Source: an uncultured Thioalkalispiraceae bacterium (lineage in GTDB: Bacteria > Pseudomonadota > Gammaproteobacteria > UBA6429 > Thiohalophilaceae). From it: a stretch of 64,000 nt of DNA. The notes beneath the pieces are model-generated. The model saw only the letters and a program-made list of their open reading frames with translations, did no database searches and was not told where the DNA came from. This document shows positions 38,876-48,664 of this stretch, one piece after another. The stretch lies in contig CAZSCK010000002.1 of NCBI GenBank assembly GCA_964605385.1, positions 10,420 to 74,419 on the forward strand. The letters run 5' to 3'. The position numbers and the translations under genes were made by a program. Each line of letters opens with the position of its first letter. The first letter of the stretch is position 1.

Positions 38876-40951
38876 GTGGCAGAACAAACCGCCTTTTTAG
38901 ATAACATTAAATCCATAAGCCAAAAAGGTTTAGGTGCACCGCTATTATTAATGGTGATGATGGCCATGATTGTGGTGCCACTTGCACCCTTTATGTTGGA
39001 TGTATTTTTTAGTTTTAATATTTCACTCGCGTTAGTTGTCTTACTTGTCACTGTTTATAGTTTGCGCCCTTTAGATTTCTCTTTATTTCCAACCATCCTT
39101 CTTATAACAACTTTGTTAAGACTTGCACTTAATGTTGCCTCTACCCGGGTTGTTTTACTTGAAGGACATACCGGGGGGGATGCAGCGGGGCAGGTTATTA
39201 AAGCATTTGGTGAATTTGTTGTTGGTGGTAACTATGCAGTGGGCATTATCGTCTTCTCTATATTGGTAATCATTAACTTTGTTGTAATAACCAAAGGTGC
39301 AACTCGTATATCTGAAGTAAGCGCACGTTTTACCCTGGATGCGATGCCAGGAAAACAAATGGCCATTGATGCTGATTTGAACGCTGGTTTGATTGAATCA
39401 GAAGAGGCGCGCCGCCGCCGTGATGACATTGGTGCAGAAGCAGAATTTTATGGTTCCATGGATGGTGCCAGTAAGTTTGTTCGTGGTGATGCAGTTGCGG
39501 GTATATTAATACTGTTAATTAATATTTTAGGTGGATTAGCGATTGGTATATTACAACATGACTTAACTTTTGCAGTTGCAGCAAAAAATTATGTGTTGTT
39601 AACCATTGGTGATGGTCTGGTTGCACAAATTCCTGCGTTATTACTTTCAACAGCTGCGGGTATTATTGTAACCCGTGTTTCCAGTACTCAGGATATGGGA
39701 GGAATGGTATTAAGTCAGTTGTTCAAGAATCCAAAAGCACTTGGAGTGACAGCAACCATTCTGGGTGTCATGGGTATTATTCCGGGTATGCCACATTTTG
39801 CCTTCTTGTCTTTAGCGATAGTCAGTGGCGCTGGTGCTTATTTTATAACACAAAAACAGGCGAGACCTGAAGTTAAAAAAACCCCGCTTGAAAAAGTTGA
39901 ACAGGTACCTGAGAGCCGTGAATTAAGCTGGGATGATGTTACTCCTGTTGACACCATTGGGCTGGAAGTAGGTTATCGGCTAATACCGATGGTCGACAAA
40001 GATCAGGGTGGTCAGTTAATGGCACGTATTAAAGGTGTGCGTAAAAAACTGTCTCAGGAATTAGGTTTTCTTATCCCCGCGGTTCATATTCGAGACAACC
40101 TTGAGTTACCACCGAATGGTTATCGTATTACTTTAATGGGGGTGAGTGTCGGAGAAGCGGATATACAACCTGATAAAGATATGGCGATTAATCCCGGGCA
40201 AGTATATGGCTCCATCGCGGGTGCAGAAACTAAAGATCCTGCTTTTGGTTTAGATGCCTTGTGGATTGAAAGTTCACAACGTGATCAGGCACAAACTTTA
40301 GGTTACACCGTGGTTGATTCTAATACGGTTATAGCCACTCATTTAAGCCAGTTATTACAAACCCATGCTAATGAATTATTGGGTCATGAAGAAGTTCAGC
40401 ATTTGCTGGATAAACTGGCTGAGTCAGCACCGAAACTGGTTGAAAATCTTGTGCCTGATACTCTTAACCTGGGCATCATTGTTAAAGTATTACAAAGCCT
40501 GTTAGCAGAAGGGATTCCTGTCAGGGATATTCGTACAATCGCCGAAACATTGGCAGAACATGCAACACGAAGTCAGGATCCTGACGAATTAACGGCTGCC
40601 GTGCGTACCTCGCTAGGACGCATGATCGTACAACAAATCAATGGCATGGCGGCTGAGCTCTCTGTTATTACTCTTGATCCAAATCTGGAACAGTTGTTGC
40701 ATCAAGCAGTACAGGCAGACGGTGTAGGTGGAGTAGAGCCGGGTTTGGCAGAACGTTTATTCAGCGCATTACAGGAAAGCGTTCAAAAACAGGAAGCGAT
40801 GGGGCAATCAGCCGTACTTCTTGTATCAAGTCAAATCAGAACCATGTTAGCGCGATTTGTGCGACACACAATTCCAAACTTGCATGTACTGTCTTACAAC
40901 GAGATTCCCAGCGACAAACAGATTCGTATAGTCGCCACGGTTGGGCAATAG
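38876..40951 (+). CDS. flhA: Flagellar export gate protein FlhA
   Basis: GTG start. 8-TM N-domain with the FHIPEP-region motif (RISEVSARFTLDAMPGKQMAIDADL). Large cytoplasmic C-domain. 691 aa. Confidence 0.95.
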   Translation: MAEQTAFLDNIKSISQKGLGAPLLLMVMMAMIVVPLAPFMLDVFFSFNISLALVVLLVTVYSLRPLDFSLFPTILLITTLLRLALNVASTRVVLLEGHTGGDAAGQVIKAFGEFVVGGNYAVGIIVFSILVIINFVVITKGATRISEVSARFTLDAMPGKQMAIDADLNAGLIESEEARRRRDDIGAEAEFYGSMDGASKFVRGDAVAGILILLINILGGLAIGILQHDLTFAVAAKNYVLLTIGDGLVAQIPALLLSTAAGIIVTRVSSTQDMGGMVLSQLFKNPKALGVTATILGVMGIIPGMPHFAFLSLAIVSGAGAYFITQKQARPEVKKTPLEKVEQVPESRELSWDDVTPVDTIGLEVGYRLIPMVDKDQGGQLMARIKGVRKKLSQELGFLIPAVHIRDNLELPPNGYRITLMGVSVGEADIQPDKDMAINPGQVYGSIAGAETKDPAFGLDALWIESSQRDQAQTLGYTVVDSNTVIATHLSQLLQTHANELLGHEEVQHLLDKLAESAPKLVENLVPDTLNLGIIVKVLQSLLAEGIPVRDIRTIAETLAEHATRSQDPDELTAAVRTSLGRMIVQQINGMAAELSVITLDPNLEQLLHQAVQADGVGGVEPGLAERLFSALQESVQKQEAMGQSAVLLVSSQIRTMLARFVRHTIPNLHVLSYNEIPSDKQIRIVATVGQ

Positions 40952-41032
40952 GTAAGGCTTAACAGGGAACAGTAACATATGACAATGACATAGGCTTGGG
41001 CTGAACAGCCTGAATAACAGAGGCCAGGTAAG

Positions 41033-42358
41033 ATGAAAATAAAACGTTTTGTAGCTGATGATATGCGTTCCGCATTACGCAAAGTAACTAATATTCTTGG
41101 GCCTGATGCAGTCATCTTATCAAACAATCGAATTGATGAAGGTGTCGAAATTGTCGCCGCCATTGATTATGACGAATCATTAATTAATAAACCTGAGCCA
41201 ACTCCAGCAATAAAAAAACCAAACCCGTTTATTAAGGAAGATGAAATACTCTCCCAGTCTCATATTGAACAGCGCAATCGTGAAGCGGCATTAGATGACG
41301 TGCGCTATGCGCGCAATATTCCTGCTGCGACGCCTCAGTTTGAAAAAAATGAAATAATTAAGCAAGCTAAGGTGGCACCTAAAGTACAAACTAATGAACA
41401 CCTCTGGACTGAGGAACCCGCTTTTATGGATATGCAGTCTGAACTTAAATCTTTAAAAGGATTGTTAGTTAATCAATTATCCAGTCTAAGCTGGGGTAAT
41501 GAAGTTCAATACCATCCAATACGTGCTCGTTTATTACAACGTTTAATGTCATTAGGTTTAAGCCCAAAACTCTCGAAAGATATTGTTGCAGAAGTTAATG
41601 AAGAAAAAGATTTTGAACACAACTGGCGTACCGCATTGGGTAAGTTAGCTCATCGTATTCCTGTTGGTGAAAATGAAATTATTGAAAAGGGTGGAATTGT
41701 TGCTCTTGTTGGCGCTACAGGTGTGGGTAAGACAACAACCATTGCTAAACTTGCTGCACGTTATACCTTAAAACACGGGCCACACCGTGTCGCCTTAATT
41801 ACAACTGATAATTACCGTGTTGCAGCACATGAACAGTTACGTAGTTATGCTCGTATTATGGGAGTTCCTATGCGCGTAACGGGTGATGCAGATAGCCTGC
41901 GTGAAGCGCTGGATAGCTTACAGGATAAAGAGCTTATACTTATCGATACAGCCGGTATGAGTCAGCGTGACATGCTGTTAAGTAAACAATTTGCCATGCT
42001 TCAAGGAAAAGGATTGCCTAAAATAAAAACCTATCTGACTTTAGCAACTAATTGTCAACGTAGTGTTTTAACTGAAACAGGAAATAAATTTAGTGAAATG
42101 AAGCTAACAGGCTGTATCCTGACTAAAGTTGATGAGACAACAAGTCTGGGTGGAGCTATTACGGTTGCAGTTGAAAATAACCTGCCTATATCATATTTCT
42201 GTGATGGCCAAAATGTACCAGAAGATATGCATTTAGCAAGAGCACATACTATTGTAAGTCGTAGTGTTTCAGTTATGCAGCATATGATCTCAATGAAATC
42301 CGACGATGAATTCGCTGTAAATACAGTAGGGGGTATGGTTGCGAATGGACATGCTTGA
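41033..42358 (+). CDS. flhF: Flagellar placement SRP-type GTPase FlhF
   Basis: MKIKRFVADDMRSALRKV N-terminus. G1 GATGVGKTTT, DTAG, TKVDE motifs. Confidence 0.88.
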   Translation: MKIKRFVADDMRSALRKVTNILGPDAVILSNNRIDEGVEIVAAIDYDESLINKPEPTPAIKKPNPFIKEDEILSQSHIEQRNREAALDDVRYARNIPAATPQFEKNEIIKQAKVAPKVQTNEHLWTEEPAFMDMQSELKSLKGLLVNQLSSLSWGNEVQYHPIRARLLQRLMSLGLSPKLSKDIVAEVNEEKDFEHNWRTALGKLAHRIPVGENEIIEKGGIVALVGATGVGKTTTIAKLAARYTLKHGPHRVALITTDNYRVAAHEQLRSYARIMGVPMRVTGDADSLREALDSLQDKELILIDTAGMSQRDMLLSKQFAMLQGKGLPKIKTYLTLATNCQRSVLTETGNKFSEMKLTGCILTKVDETTSLGGAITVAVENNLPISYFCDGQNVPEDMHLARAHTIVSRSVSVMQHMISMKSDDEFAVNTVGGMVANGHA

Positions 42359-43256
42359 TATAATCGATTCCCCTGCAAAACATAAACAGTTCAATATTGA
42401 TCAAGCTTCAGGATTAAGACGTATGGCAAAACCACATCCAGTTCGAGTAATTACAATTGCTAGCGGTAAAGGTGGCGTGGGTAAAACCAATGTTACGATA
42501 AATCTTGCTATAGCACTTGCATCACAAGGTCAAAAAGTCACTATTCTTGATGCCGATTTAGGTTTAGCAAATATTGACGTTATGCTTGGCCTTCATTCAG
42601 ATAAAAATCTTTCACATGTTATGAATGGCGAAAGTGAACTGGAAGAAATTTTAATTGAAGGGCCAAATGGAATAAAAATCATTCCTGCTTCATCGGGTGT
42701 TAAAAATATGGCTGAAATGTCAGCCGCAGAACATGCCGGTTTAGTCAGTGCATTTAGTCAATTAAGTCATGATATAGATGTTTTACTGGTTGATACCGCT
42801 GCGGGTATTTCAGATAGCGTAGTGAGTTTTTCTCGTGCTGCACAAGAAGTGTTAATTGTTGTTTGTGATGAGCCTGCCTCAATTACTGATGCGTATGCAT
42901 TGATTAAATTACTCAGTAAAGAACAAAATGTTTTTAAATTCCATATTCTGGCTAATATGGTTTCCGGACCTCAACAAGGTCGAGAGGTTTATGACAAATT
43001 ATCAAAAGTATCCAACCGTTTTCTTGATGTTGCATTAGATTATCTTGGGCATGTTCCTTATGATGAACACTTACAGAAGGCAATAAAGCGTCAAAAATCC
43101 GTCGTTGAAGCCTTTCCTCGCAGCCGATCAGCACAGGCATTTCAAACATTGTCAAAAAAGGTAAACAATTGGCCTATAATAAGGTCATCTGGTGGACACC
43201 TTGAGTTTTTTGTGGAAAGGTTAGTATCAGGAACAACATTGGAGGTTAAGCCATGA
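42339..43256 (+). CDS. flhG: Flagellar number regulator FlhG/FleN (MinD-type ATPase)
   Basis: Deviant Walker A SGKGGVGKTN. The start could be the ATG at 42345 or 42351. Overlaps the flhF 3' end and the fliA start. Confidence 0.88.
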   Translation: MRMDMLDIIDSPAKHKQFNIDQASGLRRMAKPHPVRVITIASGKGGVGKTNVTINLAIALASQGQKVTILDADLGLANIDVMLGLHSDKNLSHVMNGESELEEILIEGPNGIKIIPASSGVKNMAEMSAAEHAGLVSAFSQLSHDIDVLLVDTAAGISDSVVSFSRAAQEVLIVVCDEPASITDAYALIKLLSKEQNVFKFHILANMVSGPQQGREVYDKLSKVSNRFLDVALDYLGHVPYDEHLQKAIKRQKSVVEAFPRSRSAQAFQTLSKKVNNWPIIRSSGGHLEFFVERLVSGTTLEVKP

Positions 43257-43981
43257 ATGGCATAGCAGCGTACGCACAGCAACAACCTAATTATACTAGC
43301 GAGATGGTAGAACGTCATGCGCCTTTAGTTAAACGAATTGCATGTCATTTAATTAATCGATTACCTGCCAGCGTTCAACTTGAAGACATGGTTCAAGCGG
43401 GCATGATTGGTTTATTGGAAGCAACCGGAAAGTATGATGAAACGCAAGGCGCAAGCTTTGAAACTTATGCTGGTATTCGTATACGCGGTTCGATGTTAGA
43501 TGAAATTCGTAAAAATGACTGGGCACCTCGTTCAGTACATCGTAAAGCGCGAGAAGTTGCTGAAGCGGTACGTATTATAGAAAATGAACATGGTCGTGAT
43601 GCTCGTGATATAGAAATTGCCGAGACTCTTGATATGAGTTTAGGTGAGTACTACAAAATTCTCCAGGATAACAGTTATCATAAAGTATTGAGTGTTGATG
43701 ACACCAGTATTAATACCGGTGAAACGATGCTCGATAGCATGTCAGACAATGCACCGGGTATTCTAGATGGTATGCATAAAGATGATCTGCAGCGTTTATT
43801 ATCAGATGCTATTGCAGGTTTACCAGAACGTGAACGATTAGTAATGGCGCTTTATTATGATGAAGAGCTTAACTTACGTGAAATTGGTGCTGTTATGGGG
43901 GTAAGTGAATCTCGTGTAAGCCAAATTCACAGTCAGGCGATTATTCGTTTACAATCTCGAATGTCTAACCGAGTCGATTAG
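43253..43981 (+). CDS. fliA: Flagellar sigma factor sigma-28 (FliA)
   Basis: Region 2 (DMVQAGMIGLLEA) and region 4.2 HTH LREIGAVMGVSESRVSQIH. 242 aa. Confidence 0.92.
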   Translation: MNGIAAYAQQQPNYTSEMVERHAPLVKRIACHLINRLPASVQLEDMVQAGMIGLLEATGKYDETQGASFETYAGIRIRGSMLDEIRKNDWAPRSVHRKAREVAEAVRIIENEHGRDARDIEIAETLDMSLGEYYKILQDNSYHKVLSVDDTSINTGETMLDSMSDNAPGILDGMHKDDLQRLLSDAIAGLPERERLVMALYYDEELNLREIGAVMGVSESRVSQIHSQAIIRLQSRMSNRVD

Positions 43982-44137
43982 TTTTGCTGTAGTGCGTTTT
44001 TAAGTTCAATAAATATCAAATATCCATACTTTTATTCACGATACTGCTGAATAAATGTACAATTCCCTCGAAATAATTTTATAACTCCTTTTTTTAATAA
44101 AAATTCCATTTATTTAATGATTACCCCTTCTTTTAAT

Positions 44138-44164
44138 TAAGATATTTCCAAAACTGGCCGATAA
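44138..44164 (+). promoter_or_regulatory. Sigma-28 (FliA)-type promoter upstream of cheY
   Basis: TAAG-N15-GCCGATAA (the -10 element is a perfect GCCGATAA). 66 nt upstream of the cheY GTG. Confidence 0.6.
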
Positions 44165-44229
44165 CAAATATAACAATAGTGATGTCTATATGGATCATTA
44201 ATTTAAATGTGTACTGCGGAGGATAACTT

Positions 44230-44619
44230 GTGGACACGGAAATGAAAATTCTTGTTGTAGATGACTTTTCTACAATGCGACGAATTATAAAAAACTTACT
44301 GCGTGATCTGGGCTTTAATAATACTGATGAAGCTGATGATGGCTTAACGGCTTTACCAATGTTAAAGACAGGCAAATATGATTTGCTGGTAACAGATTGG
44401 AATATGCCTGGAATGCAAGGTATCGATCTGCTTAAAGCCGTACGCGCAGAGAGTGATGAAACTCTAAAAAATATCCCCGTACTCATGGTAACAGCCGAGC
44501 AGAAAAAAGAGCAGATTATTGAAGCAGCTCAGGCAGGAGTTAATGGATATATCGTAAAACCTTTTACAGCTTTAATTTTAAAAGAAAAGCTGGAAAAGAT
44601 TTTTGCACGTCTCGGTTAA
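44230..44619 (+). CDS. cheY: Chemotaxis response regulator CheY
   Basis: The GTG start has a good RBS (ggagga 7 nt upstream). [30 protein letters not shown]. Confidence 0.92.
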   Translation: MDTEMKILVVDDFSTMRRIIKNLLRDLGFNNTDEADDGLTALPMLKTGKYDLLVTDWNMPGMQGIDLLKAVRAESDETLKNIPVLMVTAEQKKEQIIEAAQAGVNGYIVKPFTALILKEKLEKIFARLG

Positions 44620-44641
44620 TATTGTTAGGGATTATTTAATC

Positions 44642-45373
44642 ATGGTTGAAGAAAAAGAACTTATTACTGATGACAATATTGCTCGTGTAAAAGATCTTTT
44701 AGTTTGCATGGAAAACGGTAATGAAGTTGATGCGATTGAGATAATTGATGAATTAACCTCTATACGTGAAACTGAATTGTACCAGGATATGGGTAAATTA
44801 ACCCGTGAACTACACGATGCCATTTCTAATTTTGGCATGGATGACTCTATCAATATTATGGCTGAGCAAAGTATTCCGGATGCTCGAGAGCGATTAAATT
44901 ATGTTATCTCAAAAACGGATGAAGCAGCAAATCAAACACTGGAAGCTGTCGAAGAATCAATTCCTATCTGCAATTCTTTAAATGATCAGGCATTAGAATT
45001 GCATGCTACATGGCAGAAGTTTACCAATCGTGAATTATCAGCGGATCAATTTCGTCAGTTAAGCAGAGATATTAACGATTTTTTTGTTAGCACTTATGAA
45101 ATAGCAAAAGTAAAAGATCATTTAACTTCGGTTTTACTGGCTCAGGAATATCAGGATTTAACAGGACAGATTATAAAGAAAGTCATTAATCTTGTTGGAG
45201 AGGTTGAAGATAAACTGGTTGGACTAATTCAAATAACAGGGGTACCTCAAATTATATCTGCTAAAGATGATGCATCTACACTGGACGGCCCTCCCGTTCC
45301 CGGGCTTGCGCATAAAGATACAGTGTCAGGGCAAGATGAAGTTGATGACTTGCTATCAAGTTTAGGTTTTTAA
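44642..45373 (+). CDS. cheZ: CheY-P phosphatase CheZ
   Basis: I prefer the ATG at 44642 (MVEEKEL...). Catalytic Gln motif AQEYQDLTGQ. C-terminal CheY-binding peptide ...DEVDDLLSSLGF. Confidence 0.85.
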   Translation: MVEEKELITDDNIARVKDLLVCMENGNEVDAIEIIDELTSIRETELYQDMGKLTRELHDAISNFGMDDSINIMAEQSIPDARERLNYVISKTDEAANQTLEAVEESIPICNSLNDQALELHATWQKFTNRELSADQFRQLSRDINDFFVSTYEIAKVKDHLTSVLLAQEYQDLTGQIIKKVINLVGEVEDKLVGLIQITGVPQIISAKDDASTLDGPPVPGLAHKDTVSGQDEVDDLLSSLGF

Positions 45374-45398
45374 TTAATAATGTTGGAAAGTAACGACT

Positions 45399-47525
45399 AT
45401 GGATGATGAACTACTACAGGACTTTTTGATTGAAGCAGGAGAAATTCTTGAACAGCTGAATGAACAGCTGGTAGAACTTGAGAATAGTCCTGATGATTCA
45501 GAATTATTAAATGCAGTCTTTCGCGGGTTTCATACCATAAAAGGTGGGGCAGGTTTTCTTACGATCGATGTCATGGTTGCGATTTGTCATCGCACTGAAG
45601 ATATCTTCAATATGTTACGTAATGATGAATTGAAAATTAATAATCATCTTATGGATACCGTTTTACCTGTACTGGATGTTTTAAATGATCAGTTTGATGC
45701 TCTGCGTAGTGGGGAAGAACCGCAAGCAGCAGAACAATCATTGTTAACTGCATTAGAAAGCATAATTTCAGGTGATGCTACAACTGCTGAAAACGTTGTA
45801 GAAGTAAAAAGTTCTGTTGAGTCAGAAGATATATCTGATGATGAATTTGATGCAATGCTTGATGAAGCGGCTAATAAAAAAGAAAAATCATCATCAGATG
45901 AAATTACGGATGAAGAATTTGAAGCATTACTGGATAATTTACATGGTAAAGGCGAACATGCAGAAAGTGTAGAGGGCAAACCTGCTTCAGGTAGTTACGA
46001 AGAAAACAAAAAGAACGATGAAATATCAGAAGATGAATTTGAAGCTTTACTGGATGATCTTCATGGTAAAGGCTCGTTCTCCGCACAAGATACAGCCTCT
46101 AAAAGTAGTTACGAAGAAAATAAAAAGAATGATGAAATATCAGAAGATGAATTTGAAGCATTATTAGATGATCTTCATGGTCAGGGTTCCTTCTCGACCA
46201 GCTCTGGTGAACAAAAACCAGATGCACAAAAAACATCTGAACAAAAACAAGAAGATGCTAAGCCTGAAACTAAGGCTGTAGTAAAAAAAGAAAAGCCTGT
46301 TGTTGCAGCTAAAGAAACAGCACCTAAGAAAACTACAAAAGATACTAAACCTGCTGCAGAGACATCTGTGCGTGTTGATACAAGTCGCCTCGATGAAATT
46401 ATGAATATGGTTGGTGAGCTGGTATTAGTCCGTAATCGTATTTCACGTTTAGGATCAGAGGGTGGAGATACTTCAAGTGAAGAAATGACAAAAGCAATTG
46501 CAAATCTGGATTTAGTGACAGCCGATTTGCAGTTATCGGTAATGAAAACACGAATGCAGCCAATTAAAAAGGTATTTGGTCGTTTCCCGCGAGTAGTACG
46601 AGATTTAGCACGAAGTCTGAAAAAAGATATTCGCCTGGAAATGATTGGCGAAGATACTGATCTGGATAAAAATCTTGTTGAAGCTTTAGCCGATCCATTG
46701 GTGCATTTAGTTCGTAATTCAGTTGATCATGGTATTGAAATGCCAGATATTCGTGAACAATCAGGTAAGCCCCGTCAAGGTACTGTGACCTTATCAGCAT
46801 CACAGGAAGGGGATCATATTTTACTCTCTATTACTGATGATGGTGCCGGAATGGATGCCGAGGTATTAAGGAATATTGCAATTACTAAAGGTATACATGA
46901 TGCAGAATCTGCATCCAGATTAACAGATGTAGATTGTTATAACTTGATTTTTGCTCCTGGTTTCTCAACCAAAGAGGCAATTTCTGATATTTCAGGTCGT
47001 GGTGTTGGTATGGATGTGGTTAAAACCGGCATAACATCATTAAACGGTTCGATTGAAATAGATTCTGAATTAGGTAAAGGTACAGTTATTAGTATTAAAG
47101 TGCCGTTAACCCTGGCTATTATGTCAACATTAATGGTTAGGCTTAAAGAACAATTATTCTCTTTGCCTTTAGTGAATGTAAATGAAATTTTTCATTTAGA
47201 CCTTACCAAAACAAATGTTATGGATGGAAAGCGTGTCGTTCTTGTTCGAGGAAAAACACTGCCTCTATATTATTTAAATAACTGGCTGGTAAATGGTGAA
47301 AGTAATGCTCCATTACCTAACGAGGGTCATGTTGTGGTTGTTCATATAGGAACCCAAAAAGTTGGTTTTATTGTTGATGAATTAATAGGGCAGGAAGAAG
47401 TTGTCATTAAACCATTAGGTGCCATGTTGCATGGGATTTCCGGATTAGCAGGCGCAACTATAACGGGTGATGGTGGTATTGCTCTTATTTTAGATATTCC
47501 CGGTTTAATGAAAATGTATGCTTGA
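45399..47525 (+). CDS. cheA: Chemotaxis histidine kinase CheA
   Basis: P1 Hpt FHTIKGGAG. Repeat-rich linker. P3/P4 (HLVRNSVDHGIE, GRGVGMDVV). P5 CheW-like C-terminus. 708 aa. Confidence 0.93.
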   Translation: MDDELLQDFLIEAGEILEQLNEQLVELENSPDDSELLNAVFRGFHTIKGGAGFLTIDVMVAICHRTEDIFNMLRNDELKINNHLMDTVLPVLDVLNDQFDALRSGEEPQAAEQSLLTALESIISGDATTAENVVEVKSSVESEDISDDEFDAMLDEAANKKEKSSSDEITDEEFEALLDNLHGKGEHAESVEGKPASGSYEENKKNDEISEDEFEALLDDLHGKGSFSAQDTASKSSYEENKKNDEISEDEFEALLDDLHGQGSFSTSSGEQKPDAQKTSEQKQEDAKPETKAVVKKEKPVVAAKETAPKKTTKDTKPAAETSVRVDTSRLDEIMNMVGELVLVRNRISRLGSEGGDTSSEEMTKAIANLDLVTADLQLSVMKTRMQPIKKVFGRFPRVVRDLARSLKKDIRLEMIGEDTDLDKNLVEALADPLVHLVRNSVDHGIEMPDIREQSGKPRQGTVTLSASQEGDHILLSITDDGAGMDAEVLRNIAITKGIHDAESASRLTDVDCYNLIFAPGFSTKEAISDISGRGVGMDVVKTGITSLNGSIEIDSELGKGTVISIKVPLTLAIMSTLMVRLKEQLFSLPLVNVNEIFHLDLTKTNVMDGKRVVLVRGKTLPLYYLNNWLVNGESNAPLPNEGHVVVVHIGTQKVGFIVDELIGQEEVVIKPLGAMLHGISGLAGATITGDGGIALILDIPGLMKMYA
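45825..46200 (+). repeat. In-frame tandem motif array inside cheA (3 good + 1 degenerate copies of DExxxEFEALLDxLHGxG; the last two form a 114-bp tandem duplication)
   Basis: Copies at the DNA level: 45991..46104 versus 46105..~46200 (about 10 mismatches in the first 92 nt by hand alignment), plus earlier copies near 45895..45960 and 45825..45870. Confidence 0.9.
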
Positions 47526-47535
47526 TTTTTAGTTT

Positions 47536-47555
47536 ACTAAACTAAACTAAACTAA
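47536..47555 (+). repeat. Pentanucleotide microsatellite (ACTAA)x4 in the cheA-cheB spacer
   Basis: actaaactaaactaaactaa read directly. It provides TAA stops in all three forward frames. Confidence 0.9.
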
Positions 47556-47590
47556 AGTTAATGATTAAAAATTTTAAAGAGGATATGTGA

Positions 47591-48664
47591 ATGACAACCC
47601 GAGTACTGGTTGTAGATGATTCTGGTTTTTTTCGGCGTCGTGTAAAAGAAATTTTGGAAGAAGATCCCTTGCTTACTGTTGTTGGTGATGCTGCTAATGG
47701 ACAGGAAGCGATCGACAAAGCTGCCGAACTTAAACCTGATGTCATAACCATGGATATTGAAATGCCTGTTATGGATGGTATTAAAGCAACAAAACTTATA
47801 ATGGCATCAAATCCTACACCTATTATCATGTTTTCGTCACTGACGACTGATGGTGCAAAAGCAACATTAGATGCGCTTGAAGCAGGTGCTTTGGATTTTT
47901 TACCCAAACGTTTTGAAGATATATCTCAAGATCGTAATGAAGCAAAAAAATTACTTTGTCAGCGTGTGCGAACGATTGGACAAAAAAAGAGTTCACTACG
48001 AAAAATTATACCTGCGGCTAAAATTTCACCAAGAAATAAGCCGGCAGCAACAATCGCAGCTGTAAAAAGAGCTGCAGTTAAAATAACAAAATCAGGTGGT
48101 ATTGATTTAGTTGCTATCGGTACTTCAACAGGAGGACCATTAGCACTACAAAATGTTTTGGTCAATTTACCTGCAGATTTTTCAAAACCTATTGTTATGA
48201 TCCAGCATATGCCTGCAACGTTTACTCCCGCATTTGCAAAACGATTAGATCAACTTTGTAAAATTTCTGTTAAAGAAGCAGAAGATGGCGACCAGTTAAA
48301 ACCGGGGCTGGCATTGTTAGCACCAGGTGGAAAACAAATGTTAATAGATGGTCGAGCAGGGAATGCTGTCGTTCGCATTATAGACAGCGAACCTAGCTTA
48401 ACCTATAAACCATCTGTTGATATTACCTTTCGTTCTATTACAAAAGTATATCCGGCTAAAACATTAGCCATTGTTTTAACCGGAATGGGCGCAGATGGCC
48501 GTGAAGGTGCTCGCATGTTAAAAGCACAAGGTTCTGAAGTATGGGCACAAGATGAAGAAAGTTGTGTGGTTTACGGAATGCCTGCGGCAATTGTTGATGC
48601 AGGATTAGCAGATAAAATATTAAATATTAATGATTTTTCACAAGCCATAGTTAAACGAATATGA
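47591..48664 (+). CDS. cheB: Chemotaxis methylesterase/deamidase CheB
   Basis: Receiver VLVVDDS...DVITMDIEMPVMDG. Catalytic domain GTSTGGP, ...HMP..., GMGADG. Confidence 0.92.
   Translation: MTTRVLVVDDSGFFRRRVKEILEEDPLLTVVGDAANGQEAIDKAAELKPDVITMDIEMPVMDGIKATKLIMASNPTPIIMFSSLTTDGAKATLDALEAGALDFLPKRFEDISQDRNEAKKLLCQRVRTIGQKKSSLRKIIPAAKISPRNKPAATIAAVKRAAVKITKSGGIDLVAIGTSTGGPLALQNVLVNLPADFSKPIVMIQHMPATFTPAFAKRLDQLCKISVKEAEDGDQLKPGLALLAPGGKQMLIDGRAGNAVVRIIDSEPSLTYKPSVDITFRSITKVYPAKTLAIVLTGMGADGREGARMLKAQGSEVWAQDEESCVVYGMPAAIVDAGLADKILNINDFSQAIVKRI

Noticed and set aside
44133-44486. 117-aa minus-strand ORF across the cheY 5' end and its promoter
   Set aside because: Antisense to cheY, which has unmistakable receiver motifs, and it overlaps the FliA-type promoter.
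45689-46086. Minus-strand ORFs (96 aa and 60 aa) inside the cheA repeat region
   Set aside because: Artefacts of the GAA/GAT-rich acidic repeats, whose reverse complement is S/F/I-rich and stop-free.
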